NCBI GenBank assembly: GCA_905234655.1
Contig: CAJOJG010000006.1
Span: 4,709-68,708, forward strand
Direction of reading: 5' to 3'
From: an uncultured Bacteroidales bacterium
GTDB lineage: Bacteria; Bacteroidota; Bacteroidia; Bacteroidales; UBA3824
DNA length: 64,000 bases
Shown piece after piece: positions 46,265 to 55,702 of this stretch. Both the position numbers and the translations under genes were made by a program. The notes beneath the pieces were generated by a model. The model worked only from the letters and a program-made list of their open reading frames with translations, had not been told where the DNA came from and did not search any database. Every line of letters starts with the position of its first letter. Position 1 is the first letter of the stretch.

Positions 46265-47974
46265 ATGAAAAAGATTTTTAAACATACATTCGCCGGTTTG
46301 TTGGCTGCCGGAATGGTCATGGGCGCGGGTTGTACCGATTTGGACGAGACCCTCTACGACCAACTTAACGAAACCAACATCGACTTCAACAGCGAGAAGG
46401 ATGTCGCCTCGATGATGGGACAGGCTATCGCGCAGTTCCGCTACACCCACCTTTCTTGGTTTGGCGCGTGGGAACTCATGGAGCAGTGCACAGACGTCTA
46501 CTGCGTGCCTTACCGCATCGGTGTGGGCTGGGGCGACCTCTATGTCAACCTCCACAAGCACAACTGGGACTACAACGTCGGACACGCCGAGAACATCTGG
46601 CTGTACGCCTATAAGTGCATCGGCTACTGCAACAGCACCCTCGACGTAATGCCCGAATCGAGCGCCGAGAACCGCGCCCAACTCAGGTTCTTCCGCGCGA
46701 TGACATACTATCTTCTCCTCGATCTTTTCCGTAACGTGCCAATCCTGACCACTATGAACGTCGAGGCGGGCTATCTCCCCGAGCAGTCCACCCCACAGCA
46801 GGTATTCGACTTCTGCGTGTCGGAGCTTGAGGACATAAAGGAGGCCATCGGCACCGACAAGAACTTCGGCTACGGAAATAAGTACACCGTCGAGATGGCT
46901 CTTGCAAAACTCTACCTCAACCGTGGCGTTTACCTCGAGCTCGCCGACAACAAGGAAGGCTATGAGAAGGCTCTCGAATATGCCTCGGACGTCATCGACA
47001 ACGGCGGCTACTCGCTCTCCGCAAAATATTCCGACAACTTCCGCGAAGACCTTTCCGCAAACAACGAAATCATCTTTGCAATCCCCGAGGACCGCACCCA
47101 CGCAAAGCATTTCCTCCTCCACACCTACTCGTTCCCCAACGACGGCATGAAGGCTTTCGCTTCCACCGCTAACGCTACTAACGGAAGTTGCTGTGTGCCG
47201 CAGTTCTACGACTCATACAGCGACAAAGACCTCCGCCGCGACCAGACTTGGACGGTCGGCATACAATACGAGGCTTTGAAGAATGCCGACGGCACGTACA
47301 CTCCGTGGGGCGACAAGACAAAGCCAATCGCCTTCGGCAACGACAACTGGAAAGACCCCAAGTACCTTTGCTATTCTAAGGAAGTACACTCCATGGACAA
47401 CCCCGGCGCATACCAGCAGGAAGGCGCGAGGATGTGCAAGTACGAAATCCCGGCCGGTGAGTATGGCACCAATGTAGACGACATTCCGATTTTCCGCTTG
47501 GCGGACGCTATGTTCATCAAGGCTGAATGTCTCCTCCGCCTTGGCAAGGACGAGGCCACAGCCGCCCAACTCATCACCGACGTGCGCAAGCGCGCATTCG
47601 CCGACGCAGCCGACGCTACACGTACTGTAGCCCAACTCAAAGGCGGCTCGGCATATAAATACGGACACGAGGAGTGTACTTCCACTGGCTGCACTGTCTG
47701 GACAGACTGGGTGAAGACCGAAGAGGGTGGCGACGACATCGAGCTCGGCGGACTTTTGGACGACCTTGCATGGGAGTTTGTAGGCGAGGAACACCGCCGC
47801 CAGGATTTGATCCGTTTCAAACTCAACGACGGACGCAACGTATTCAACGGCAAATCGTGGTTCTGCAAAGACGCTACGACTTCGACAACGTACAACCTGT
47901 TCCCGATACCGAAACTTGCCCTCGACGCCAACGTCAAGATGAAGCAAAACCCCGGCTATTCGGGCGCACAATAA
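46265..47974 (+). CDS. SusD/RagB-family lipoprotein
   Basis: 569 aa. Lipobox MGAGCTDLDE. Motifs: LRFFRAMTYYLLLDLF, LADAMFIKAECLLRLG, DLAWEFVGEEHRRQDLIRF. Confidence 0.95.
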   Translation: MKKIFKHTFAGLLAAGMVMGAGCTDLDETLYDQLNETNIDFNSEKDVASMMGQAIAQFRYTHLSWFGAWELMEQCTDVYCVPYRIGVGWGDLYVNLHKHNWDYNVGHAENIWLYAYKCIGYCNSTLDVMPESSAENRAQLRFFRAMTYYLLLDLFRNVPILTTMNVEAGYLPEQSTPQQVFDFCVSELEDIKEAIGTDKNFGYGNKYTVEMALAKLYLNRGVYLELADNKEGYEKALEYASDVIDNGGYSLSAKYSDNFREDLSANNEIIFAIPEDRTHAKHFLLHTYSFPNDGMKAFASTANATNGSCCVPQFYDSYSDKDLRRDQTWTVGIQYEALKNADGTYTPWGDKTKPIAFGNDNWKDPKYLCYSKEVHSMDNPGAYQQEGARMCKYEIPAGEYGTNVDDIPIFRLADAMFIKAECLLRLGKDEATAAQLITDVRKRAFADAADATRTVAQLKGGSAYKYGHEECTSTGCTVWTDWVKTEEGGDDIELGGLLDDLAWEFVGEEHRRQDLIRFKLNDGRNVFNGKSWFCKDATTSTTYNLFPIPKLALDANVKMKQNPGYSGAQ

Positions 47975-48061
47975 AATATTGGAACGCGGGCGGCTCGCCG
48001 CCTGCAATTCACCCAAAAAACAATTCTTATTTCTTATTAACAATTTAATTTAAAAAAAATT

Positions 48062-49690
48062 ATGAAAAAGTTATTCTTTTGGGCTGCTGCCGCGCTTTTC
48101 GCTGGCGCAGTCCTGACAACAAGCTGCAACAAGGACGACGACGACAACAACGGTGGCACTACGAGCGACATCGACGAGCGTAAGCGCATCCAGGACTCTA
48201 TTCAGAGGGTTCAGGACAGCCTCGCCCAGATCGTCAAGGCCAACAAGATTATCGATGTCGACGTAGAGTTCACAGCATCCGAGACTTCCTACGACGGCAC
48301 AAAGTTCACTGTCGATGTCGCTACAATCGCTAAGGAACTTGGCATCACTGAAGACGAGTTCCTCAAAGGCATCGAAGGCAAGGACGGCGGTGCAGAGGTT
48401 GTAACCTACACCATCCAGTCTGATGGCAACGAACTCATCGGCACCAACACACAGAAAGGCGCATCAGAGAAAGGCTGGGGCCACTGGTTCACCGCCAAGG
48501 GCGATGTAACCACTTGGAGTGAAGGTCAGGCTGCCGATTATAGCATCACATACGCTGGTCAGGCTGTAATCTTCACCGATTTCCACAGGGTAAGCGACGA
48601 CAGCAACGAGTTTGAATGTGTAGTTGGTCAGTTCCCTGCAAAGTTGGCTGAGGCTGGTCTCGTCGGTCAGACCTACACAATCAAGGAAGGTGTCAAGTAC
48701 GACGACGTAAAGGTCGTTCTCCAAATCAAAGTCAGCATTAAGGGTCTTGAAGAACTCAAAGCCGAAGTCGTTGACTCCAAGGAACTCACTCTCACAACTG
48801 CCGTTTATGACAGCCACGAAGACTACATCGAACTCGATTCCACCGAAATCCTCTCTAAACTCGGCGCGACTTCGTTTGCAGACTGCAAGTTTGTAGCCAT
48901 CAAGGCCGACGGCTCTTACGCTCAGGAACCCGACGATCCTGCATTGGGTCTCTACTGGGAGAATCTCGACGGCGAGGCTTCAGGCTACACTGACGGCAAC
49001 TTCTACATTGGCTACGCTCACGCCGCCGACAACGAAAACCGTGGCAAACTCATCATCGGCCAGTACGGCCACAAACTCCAAGTTCCCGAAGCCGAAGGCT
49101 CTGAAACCAAGGTTGACTTCACTGGCGACTTCACCGCTCGTTGGGGCGTGTTCTACAACAACAAGGTCGTCATGGTCAACGTAAAAGTAACCATCGCATC
49201 TTACGAAGATCCCGATGCTGGCACATTCACAGGAACTCCCGCATCGTCTGAAAAGGCTTACGACGCCATCGAAAGGGCTTACGAACTCGGCTACGATGCA
49301 ACAGTCGTTGACGTTAAGGAACAGCTCCAGACCACATTCCAGATGACATGCTACGAAATCTACCAAGCATTCCAGGCTGGCACATTGAAACTCTACGCTG
49401 CCAACATCGCCGACACAGACCCCGAATACACTGGTGAAAAGCCTGGCTACTGGCTCGACAAGGACGGCAAGGGCATTGCATACGCTAACGGCCTCGTGTA
49501 CGCTAACCTCGTTGTTAACGACTTCGCTAATCAGAAGCTCATCATCAATGTTGGCCACCACCCCGAAAACACAAAAGCAGGTGTTGAAGTCAACATCAAA
49601 CTTATCGTCACCAACGGCACAGTAAACGCAGTAATCACCGTTCCTGTAAAGGTTGCTGCACAACTCCCCGCTGAAACTCCCGCTGAGTAG
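48062..49690 (+). CDS. Hypothetical surface lipoprotein (SGBP position)
   Basis: 542 aa. Lipobox LTTSCNKDDDDNN. It is beta-rich with no family motif I recognise, and sits directly downstream of SusD. Confidence 0.65.
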   Translation: MKKLFFWAAAALFAGAVLTTSCNKDDDDNNGGTTSDIDERKRIQDSIQRVQDSLAQIVKANKIIDVDVEFTASETSYDGTKFTVDVATIAKELGITEDEFLKGIEGKDGGAEVVTYTIQSDGNELIGTNTQKGASEKGWGHWFTAKGDVTTWSEGQAADYSITYAGQAVIFTDFHRVSDDSNEFECVVGQFPAKLAEAGLVGQTYTIKEGVKYDDVKVVLQIKVSIKGLEELKAEVVDSKELTLTTAVYDSHEDYIELDSTEILSKLGATSFADCKFVAIKADGSYAQEPDDPALGLYWENLDGEASGYTDGNFYIGYAHAADNENRGKLIIGQYGHKLQVPEAEGSETKVDFTGDFTARWGVFYNNKVVMVNVKVTIASYEDPDAGTFTGTPASSEKAYDAIERAYELGYDATVVDVKEQLQTTFQMTCYEIYQAFQAGTLKLYAANIADTDPEYTGEKPGYWLDKDGKGIAYANGLVYANLVVNDFANQKLIINVGHHPENTKAGVEVNIKLIVTNGTVNAVITVPVKVAAQLPAETPAE

Positions 49691-49716
49691 TATCAGTTCC
49701 ATCCTTTAATAATTAT

Positions 49717-49751
49717 GCCGGAGGAAGCATCGCCTCCCTCCGGCATTTTTT
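49717..49751 (+). terminator. Rho-independent terminator
   Basis: GCCGGAGG-aagcatcgcctc-CCTCCGGC followed by ATTTTTT. Confidence 0.65.
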
Positions 49752-49769
49752 ATAAAAATTGTTTATTTT

Positions 49770-49949
49770 GAACACGGAACACACTGAAATCACGAAAATT
49801 TCTAAAAACAAATTATAAAAATACAAGTATTTTTTTTATAAACAGAAAACACAGAATTTAATTTCCGTCTTTTTCGCAAAGTAAAAATAATATATTTTCA
49901 CTTTTTTTCAAATAAATCAATTTCAGTGTATTCAGTGTTTTCCGTGACC
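49770..49949 (+). repeat. Long-form inverted-repeat element (copy D)
   Basis: It starts GAACACGGAACACACTGAAATCACG and ends TTTCAGTGTATTCAGTGTTTTCCGTGACC, followed by AAAAAAA. The right ~70 bp parallels 62118-62188. It lies 38 nt upstream of ATG 49988. Confidence 0.8.
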
Positions 49950-49987
49950 AAAAAAACAAATGGTTAACAAAAAAAGATAAATCGATT

Positions 49988-52333
49988 ATGAGAAAGTTTA
50001 ACAAAATATTCGCGCTTCTGATGGTGTTCGCACTTTGCGCAATGTCGATGGCATCGTGCAACAAGGACGACGACGACGACAAACAGTCCGACAACGCCGA
50101 CACTACCCAAAACAGCGGCGGCGGCTTGGTAACAAGCCAGTACATAACATTCCAAAAAGACTATTCAAACTTTGAAATTGAATCAACGACGACATTCACC
50201 CGCATCAACTTCGTCGCCACCGCAGACTGGAAGGCAGAAGTCGTAGGAGCCGACTATGTGACGCTCTCCGTCACTGAAGGCACTGCAAGTGCGGGCGTCG
50301 TCAAGATGAACGTGAAACTGTCCTCCGACAACGAGGGCAACCCTTCGCGCTCGTTTCAAGTTAAGATAACAGCCGGAGGCGAGGAAGCCATCGTCACCAT
50401 AAAGCAGAAAGGCAGCGACGTAATCGTCCTCGAAGAAAAAGACATCCAGGATTTGGACAAGTTCCACAAACCCTCCGAGTTCAATTACGACATGTTGCGC
50501 TCCACATCAAAATTCTCCTGGGTGCGCAGCAAACAATCCGAACACTTTGTATGCTTCTGGGAGGCCGGCTACGGCGACGACCCCAAGACTGCAAAACACC
50601 CCGTCGATGTTGACGACATGCTCCAAAAATGCGAGCAGTTTTACAAGACCAACGTCGAAACACTCAAAATGGCTACCACGGGGCAGGGCAAATCCTACCT
50701 CGACAAATATAAAATGGAAATCTTCATCCTCGACACCGACGACTGGACTTGCGTGGGTTCTGGCTACGACAATGTAATCGGCGCGCTTTGGGTCAATTGG
50801 CAGCCCTGCCAGCCCGTCGGAAGTGCCGTGGCTCACGAGGTGGGACACTCGTTCCAATATCAGGTGTTCTGCGACAAGATCCTCAACGGCGAAGTTACCG
50901 TTGCCAATCAAGGCGCGCCCACCGCAGAGGAGGCCATCTACGGCTACCGTTACGGCTTTGGTCCCAACGGCGACGGCGGCTGTGCATTCTGGGAACAGTG
51001 CGCACAGTGGCAGAGTTTCCAAGACTATCCTAACGAGGCTTTCGACCAGTCTTACAACCTTTTCACTAAGAACACACACCGCCATTTCCACTCGCCGTGG
51101 ATGCGTTACCAGTGCTACTGGTTCCAGTATTACTTCACCAACAAGCACGGCCTTGATTCCTACGGAAAACTTTGGAACCAAGCAAAATACCCCGAAGACG
51201 CTCTCGAAACCTACACCCGTCTGTATTGCAACGGCGACCTCGAAAAATTCTACGACGAATACTACGACTACGCCTCGCGCGCCGTCATCTACGACTACGG
51301 CACAATCCATTCGTATTGGAACGCCGGTTATTCCTCATACAACACCACGATGCTCGAAGTGGACGGCAAGTTCCGCCCGGCATACGCAAGTTGCCCGTCC
51401 TCTACCGGCTTTAACATCATCGGCCTCAACTGCCCCGCAAAAGGCACTAAGGTCAGCGTAAGCCTTTCCGCATTGCCCACCGGCTCAAAGCTCGCTTCCA
51501 CCGATGCCGGCACAATCGTCAACGGCGACGGCCCCACCGGCTCCACCGCCACCAACTACAACGAAAACAAATATTTCGACAACCAGTATTACAACGAATC
51601 TTACGCCAACTACCGCTTTGGTTTTGTGGCAGTTAAGAACGGCACAGCCACCTACGGCGCAATGGCCACCGGCAGCAAGGATGCAGTTGCCGAAATGGAC
51701 TTGACCGACGACTACGACGAACTCTATCTCGTCGTTGCCGCAACGCCCACCAAGTATTTCCGCCAGTATTGGGACGAGAAGGAAGAAAACGACATGCAGT
51801 GGCCATACGAAATCTCCTTCACCGGCACCAACATCCTCGGCTTTGTAGAGATACCCGCCGGCGACCCGCAGGATGTCGAGGTTTCGCTTGACGTAACCTG
51901 CGACGCATCGCGCCAGGAATACGAGCAAGGCTCGGTAAACCTCCTCTCGAAAGGCATCATGGACAAGATAGCCGTCGCCCTCAAACTTCAGCCCGCCGAG
52001 ATAGCCGCAGCAATGGCTGCGCCGGCAGTCAATCAGACCGGTAAGGTAGCCGAAGGCAAGGTAACATTCGGACTTACAGAAACCACTGGCAAAATCAACT
52101 ACACCTACACCGCCAACGCCGGCTTCTGGGCTAACGCCATGGGCAACGCTACCAACTGGGGCGACAATGCTCCCGTATATATCGAATACACCCCATCTAC
52201 CTCCGTCCTCGTCTATGGACACAGGGGCGGGCAGACCAAGGCCGGCGACAAGTACGTCCTCAAGCCCACCTTCACCTACATGAAAGACGGCAAAGAGTAC
52301 CACGCCGTCATCAAATTGACGATGCAGTTTTAA
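49988..52333 (+). CDS. BACON-like domain + HExxH (gluzincin-like) lipoprotein, paralog 1
   Basis: 781 aa. Lipobox MASCNKDDDDD. The BACON-like module is FVATADWKAEVVGADYVTLSVTEG...NPSRSFQVKITAGGEEAIVTIKQKG. HEVGH lies at 50834-50848 in AVAHEVGHSFQYQ, with a downstream conserved Glu (FWEQCAQW) and YWFQYYFTNKHG...YTRLYCNGD shared with the paralogs. Confidence 0.75.
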   Translation: MRKFNKIFALLMVFALCAMSMASCNKDDDDDKQSDNADTTQNSGGGLVTSQYITFQKDYSNFEIESTTTFTRINFVATADWKAEVVGADYVTLSVTEGTASAGVVKMNVKLSSDNEGNPSRSFQVKITAGGEEAIVTIKQKGSDVIVLEEKDIQDLDKFHKPSEFNYDMLRSTSKFSWVRSKQSEHFVCFWEAGYGDDPKTAKHPVDVDDMLQKCEQFYKTNVETLKMATTGQGKSYLDKYKMEIFILDTDDWTCVGSGYDNVIGALWVNWQPCQPVGSAVAHEVGHSFQYQVFCDKILNGEVTVANQGAPTAEEAIYGYRYGFGPNGDGGCAFWEQCAQWQSFQDYPNEAFDQSYNLFTKNTHRHFHSPWMRYQCYWFQYYFTNKHGLDSYGKLWNQAKYPEDALETYTRLYCNGDLEKFYDEYYDYASRAVIYDYGTIHSYWNAGYSSYNTTMLEVDGKFRPAYASCPSSTGFNIIGLNCPAKGTKVSVSLSALPTGSKLASTDAGTIVNGDGPTGSTATNYNENKYFDNQYYNESYANYRFGFVAVKNGTATYGAMATGSKDAVAEMDLTDDYDELYLVVAATPTKYFRQYWDEKEENDMQWPYEISFTGTNILGFVEIPAGDPQDVEVSLDVTCDASRQEYEQGSVNLLSKGIMDKIAVALKLQPAEIAAAMAAPAVNQTGKVAEGKVTFGLTETTGKINYTYTANAGFWANAMGNATNWGDNAPVYIEYTPSTSVLVYGHRGGQTKAGDKYVLKPTFTYMKDGKEYHAVIKLTMQF

Positions 52334-52381
52334 GTAATTTTTCTCATACGTTTGTTAGTAAGTTAATAATTTTTGGTGTGC

Positions 52382-52414
52382 AAGCCCCCCCGAAACACAG
52401 AGGGGGGCTTTTTT
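52382..52414 (+). terminator. Rho-independent terminator
   Basis: AAGCCCCCC-cgaaacacag-aGGGGGGCTT followed by TTTT. Confidence 0.7.
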
Positions 52415-52427
52415 AAAAAAGATTATT

Positions 52428-54266
52428 ATGAAAAGGTTTATTAAAATATTCATCCTCTTTCTCGTAACGGCACTATCGTTCGCCGCCTGCCACGACAAGG
52501 ACGACATACAACCGTCCGAGGAGGAGCGTTTCACCATCAAAATGATTGATGATGACAGCACTTATGTTATGAACTTCTGTGTTGGCAAACTAATCTACGA
52601 TACAGAAAATGAATGTTATGCTTTTTTCCCCGATATGCTTTATGGTAAACCATTCACCAGCGGTCAAGAACTTGGCAACACATTGCTTTTGAAGAGCATT
52701 CCCGACACACTGAAGGCATATACCGATTCTACTTTGGTTATTGCTGGAACATATACACCCATCTGTATCAAAACAGAAAACGGTACAAATTGCCCTTGGA
52801 TTGAATGTATTTTCGATGCTGAAATCACTTGGGCTGCACCATACAAAATTGTTTATGGTGGTGGATGTGATACCGAAGGCACAGAGCCATCGAGTTGGGT
52901 CTTTGACAAATCGATTTCAAAGGCCGCTGACAAAACATGGTATTTTATTAAAATATTTGTACATATCGTTGAGCCTTCAAGCGATACCCATCGTCCTCCT
53001 CTTGACAAGGTTGAGGTATCAGATAGTGTGATAAATAAATTGAACCGTGCTTATGCGGGACATGGTATATCTTTTGTACTTTCAGGAAATGATTGCATTA
53101 AAGATGATGCCGCCTTCAATTTGACAAGTAACGATGCAAATAAAATATTTAATTACAAATTCAAGTATGATGCAATAAATGTTTATGTTTTCTCTTATGA
53201 TAACAAACTGGATCGTCTTTGGGGGCGTGCGCAATGCATTACATCTACAGCATGCTTGATAAAAGATGCGTGTTATTACGTTGGAGAAACACTTCCACAC
53301 GAAATTGGACATTGTTTAGGTCTGTATCATACCCATCATGGAACAGCACAAACAGAGTCAGGAATCCCTGAACTTGTCAACGGTTCTAATTCCGAGGTTG
53401 CTGGTGATTATATATCTGATACGCCAGCAGACCCCAACCAGTGGATGAATTGTTCGTATTCTGGTATAGGACGTGATGCTAATGGTCAAGTATATCATCC
53501 TGACCCTCTTAACATGATGTCCTATTCTCATATTCAGACTTACAAAGGTATTACGCAACATTTTACTCCTTTGCAATTTGAACGCATGAGAAACACACTT
53601 AGAAGAGACAATAATTTGAAAAAAACTTTTTTGAAAGTTGATGTTTCCGGACCAGATTATTTGACAAGCCCAAGTAATTATTCAGTGGAATTGCCTACGT
53701 CCCTGACATATTCCACCCAATGGATGGTCAGTTGTTCAACCTTGTTCCGTGAGTCAGGTTCTGTTTCTAACTATACGAAATATTTTATGGGAGAAAGTAT
53801 TTCGATTACCCCACTGAATAAGTCGGTAGGCTCCGATTCGTATTCGATAACAGCAAAAGCCGTTAACGCCGACCAATATGTCTATACGCTGACTAAGAAA
53901 GTTTATACGTTGCGTCCGTCCGACCAGACAGGTCTGTTGAAATGGACTTTTGTTGACAAAAACAGAAACACAGCATTCGGATATTTGAATATGGATGCCT
54001 CAAACGGCAGTTCGGTCATAAGGCTTACATCTGAGGGTTATCTGACGTTCAGGTACATAGATGCTGTCGGAGTGGATTCTTATTACAATTCATTTCCATG
54101 CAGTTTCAATTTCTTTGACGCAATTTCCAACAACGCCCTGCAAAAAAACGGCAGTTGCAAGTTTTACGTTAAACCTATTCAGGGAATAGTATCAAATAAC
54201 GCGGTTTTGAATATGAACGTTTGTGGATATTCAAAAATCATAAGATTCCAATTCCAAATCAAATAA
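52428..54266 (+). CDS. M43 (pappalysin/cytophagalysin-type) metzincin lipoprotein
   Basis: 612 aa. Lipobox SFAACHDKDD. The extended zinc motif HEIGHCLGLYH lies at 53298-53330, with AGDYISDTPADP downstream. The body of the gene is AT-rich. Confidence 0.8.
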   Translation: MKRFIKIFILFLVTALSFAACHDKDDIQPSEEERFTIKMIDDDSTYVMNFCVGKLIYDTENECYAFFPDMLYGKPFTSGQELGNTLLLKSIPDTLKAYTDSTLVIAGTYTPICIKTENGTNCPWIECIFDAEITWAAPYKIVYGGGCDTEGTEPSSWVFDKSISKAADKTWYFIKIFVHIVEPSSDTHRPPLDKVEVSDSVINKLNRAYAGHGISFVLSGNDCIKDDAAFNLTSNDANKIFNYKFKYDAINVYVFSYDNKLDRLWGRAQCITSTACLIKDACYYVGETLPHEIGHCLGLYHTHHGTAQTESGIPELVNGSNSEVAGDYISDTPADPNQWMNCSYSGIGRDANGQVYHPDPLNMMSYSHIQTYKGITQHFTPLQFERMRNTLRRDNNLKKTFLKVDVSGPDYLTSPSNYSVELPTSLTYSTQWMVSCSTLFRESGSVSNYTKYFMGESISITPLNKSVGSDSYSITAKAVNADQYVYTLTKKVYTLRPSDQTGLLKWTFVDKNRNTAFGYLNMDASNGSSVIRLTSEGYLTFRYIDAVGVDSYYNSFPCSFNFFDAISNNALQKNGSCKFYVKPIQGIVSNNAVLNMNVCGYSKIIRFQFQIK

Positions 54267-54342
54267 TAATTCGTCATCCGCGTATGGGAGGTAATCAATG
54301 TTTGCCTCCTATATGCAAATGACTTTTTAATAGTAACATATT

Positions 54343-55689
54343 ATGAAAAAAATAATCTACATATTAACCCTTGTTTTCGTAACGGCATCAATTGCCTGTT
54401 ACGACAAGGACGATTTGACCGCCTTGACGGAACAAGAAATGCCTGAAGTGGAGGCAATCGAATTGTCCGATACTGTTTTGTCCAACGCCGTAACGTTTGA
54501 AGAAGCCCGTAAAGATTTGGAAATCTTTTTGAAAGATTTTCCAACGCTCACCAAGAAAGGCGGAATAAGCACACGGACAATCAGCGGCGGCTTCACCCTC
54601 GAAAGCGAGAAAAAGTCGTTGAAGAAGTCCACCGGCGACACATCGACGGCGAAAATCCACGTGTTCAATTTCGAGGACGACGGCGGATTCGCCATAATGT
54701 CGGCAACGCGCGACCTGCCCGCACTCTTGGCAATCACCGACGGCGGTAATATTGATACCAACGAAACGATTGACAATCCAGGATTGATTATGTTTTTGAC
54801 CAACTTAGAGGCAAAGATGCTTAACGGTGGAGTTGAACGACAAATTGATACTATAAGTTTAGATGGCAATATTCAAAGTGAGAAGAATAGTCTTTCTAAA
54901 TTGTATTATACATATTATAAAAATAAAATATATAAGCCTCAAAATGAGTGCCCAAATTGGCACCAAGAATCGCCGTATAATGAATATTGTAAAACAGATT
55001 CAGGAGAGACTGCTGTTGTCGGATGCGTTGCGGTTGCTTGTGCTCAATTAATGGCAATTTATCATTATCCACAGAAATACCAGACAAAGGTTTTTAACTG
55101 GGATAAAATGGTTGACAATAAAAATAAAGATAAAAATGATGTAGCCTGGTTATTGCAACAACTTGGTGATAAGTTTAATTTGGATATGACATACGGAAAA
55201 ACCGGAAGTAGTGCCTATCCTGATAATATTCCACGAACATTAAAAAATTTTGGATATAGTAACGGTGGAAAACTTGAAAACTACGTTACTTACAAAATAT
55301 GTAATGAATTAATAGGTAATCATCCAGTCTTAATCGGTGGATGTTCACATAAAATTTTTAGTAATGTTTTCGGTACTAATTGTAGTTCTGTGTCTTATGA
55401 AGGAAGTCATAGATGGATTGGCTATGGTCTGTTAGTGCGGACTAAAGAAGAATGTCACATTTAACAAAAAAATGGTAATACAGAGTTTAATTACAAAACT
55501 ATTGGTTCTGATTATTACATTTTGTGCAATATGGGGCAGGGAAAATCCAAAAAATGCAACGGCTACTATCTTAGCGGAGTGTTCGACACTGACGAAGGAG
55601 TTGTTTTCCCAGATGACTATAGCAAAAGAAGTGGTAAAGATGGCTATTTTCAATACAAAATGACCGCCGTAACAGGCATTAGAAAATAA
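54343..55689 (+). pseudogene. Peptidase C10 (streptopain-like) lipoprotein interrupted by an in-frame TAA; degenerate catalytic region
   Basis: Lipobox ASIACYDKDD. The Spi-type prodomain reads IHVFNFEDDGGFAIMSATRDLPALLAITDGG. The catalytic Cys context is VVGCVAVACAQLMAIYHYP (Cys codon 55024-55026) and the His context is EGSHRWIGYG. The stop TAA at 55462-55464 is followed in the same frame by QKNGNTEFNYKTIGSDYYILCNMGQGKSKKCNGYYLSGVFD...IRK (stop 55687-55689). That tail is the C10 C-terminal region, with the usual NWGWGG reading NMGQGK. Confidence 0.7.
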
Positions 55690-55702
55690 ATAGGAGGTTA
55701 TT

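Noticed and set aside
47989-48010. Considered the GC-rich hairpin GCGGGCGG-ctcg-CCGCCTGC between SusD and the next lipoprotein as a terminator.
   Set aside because: It has no downstream T-run and lies inside an apparent operon. It may be an RNA-stability element, but the evidence is insufficient.
54285-54312. Considered the stem-loop GGAGGTAA...TTGCCTCC after the M43 gene as a terminator.
   Set aside because: The stem has a mismatch and is not followed by a T-tract. The support is too weak for a feature call.
55472-55663. 63-aa plus-strand ORF after the C10 gene.
   Set aside because: It is out of frame with the C10 relic. The frame continuous with 54343-55464 shows the C10 C-terminal homology instead, so this ORF is an artefact overlapping the pseudogene tail.
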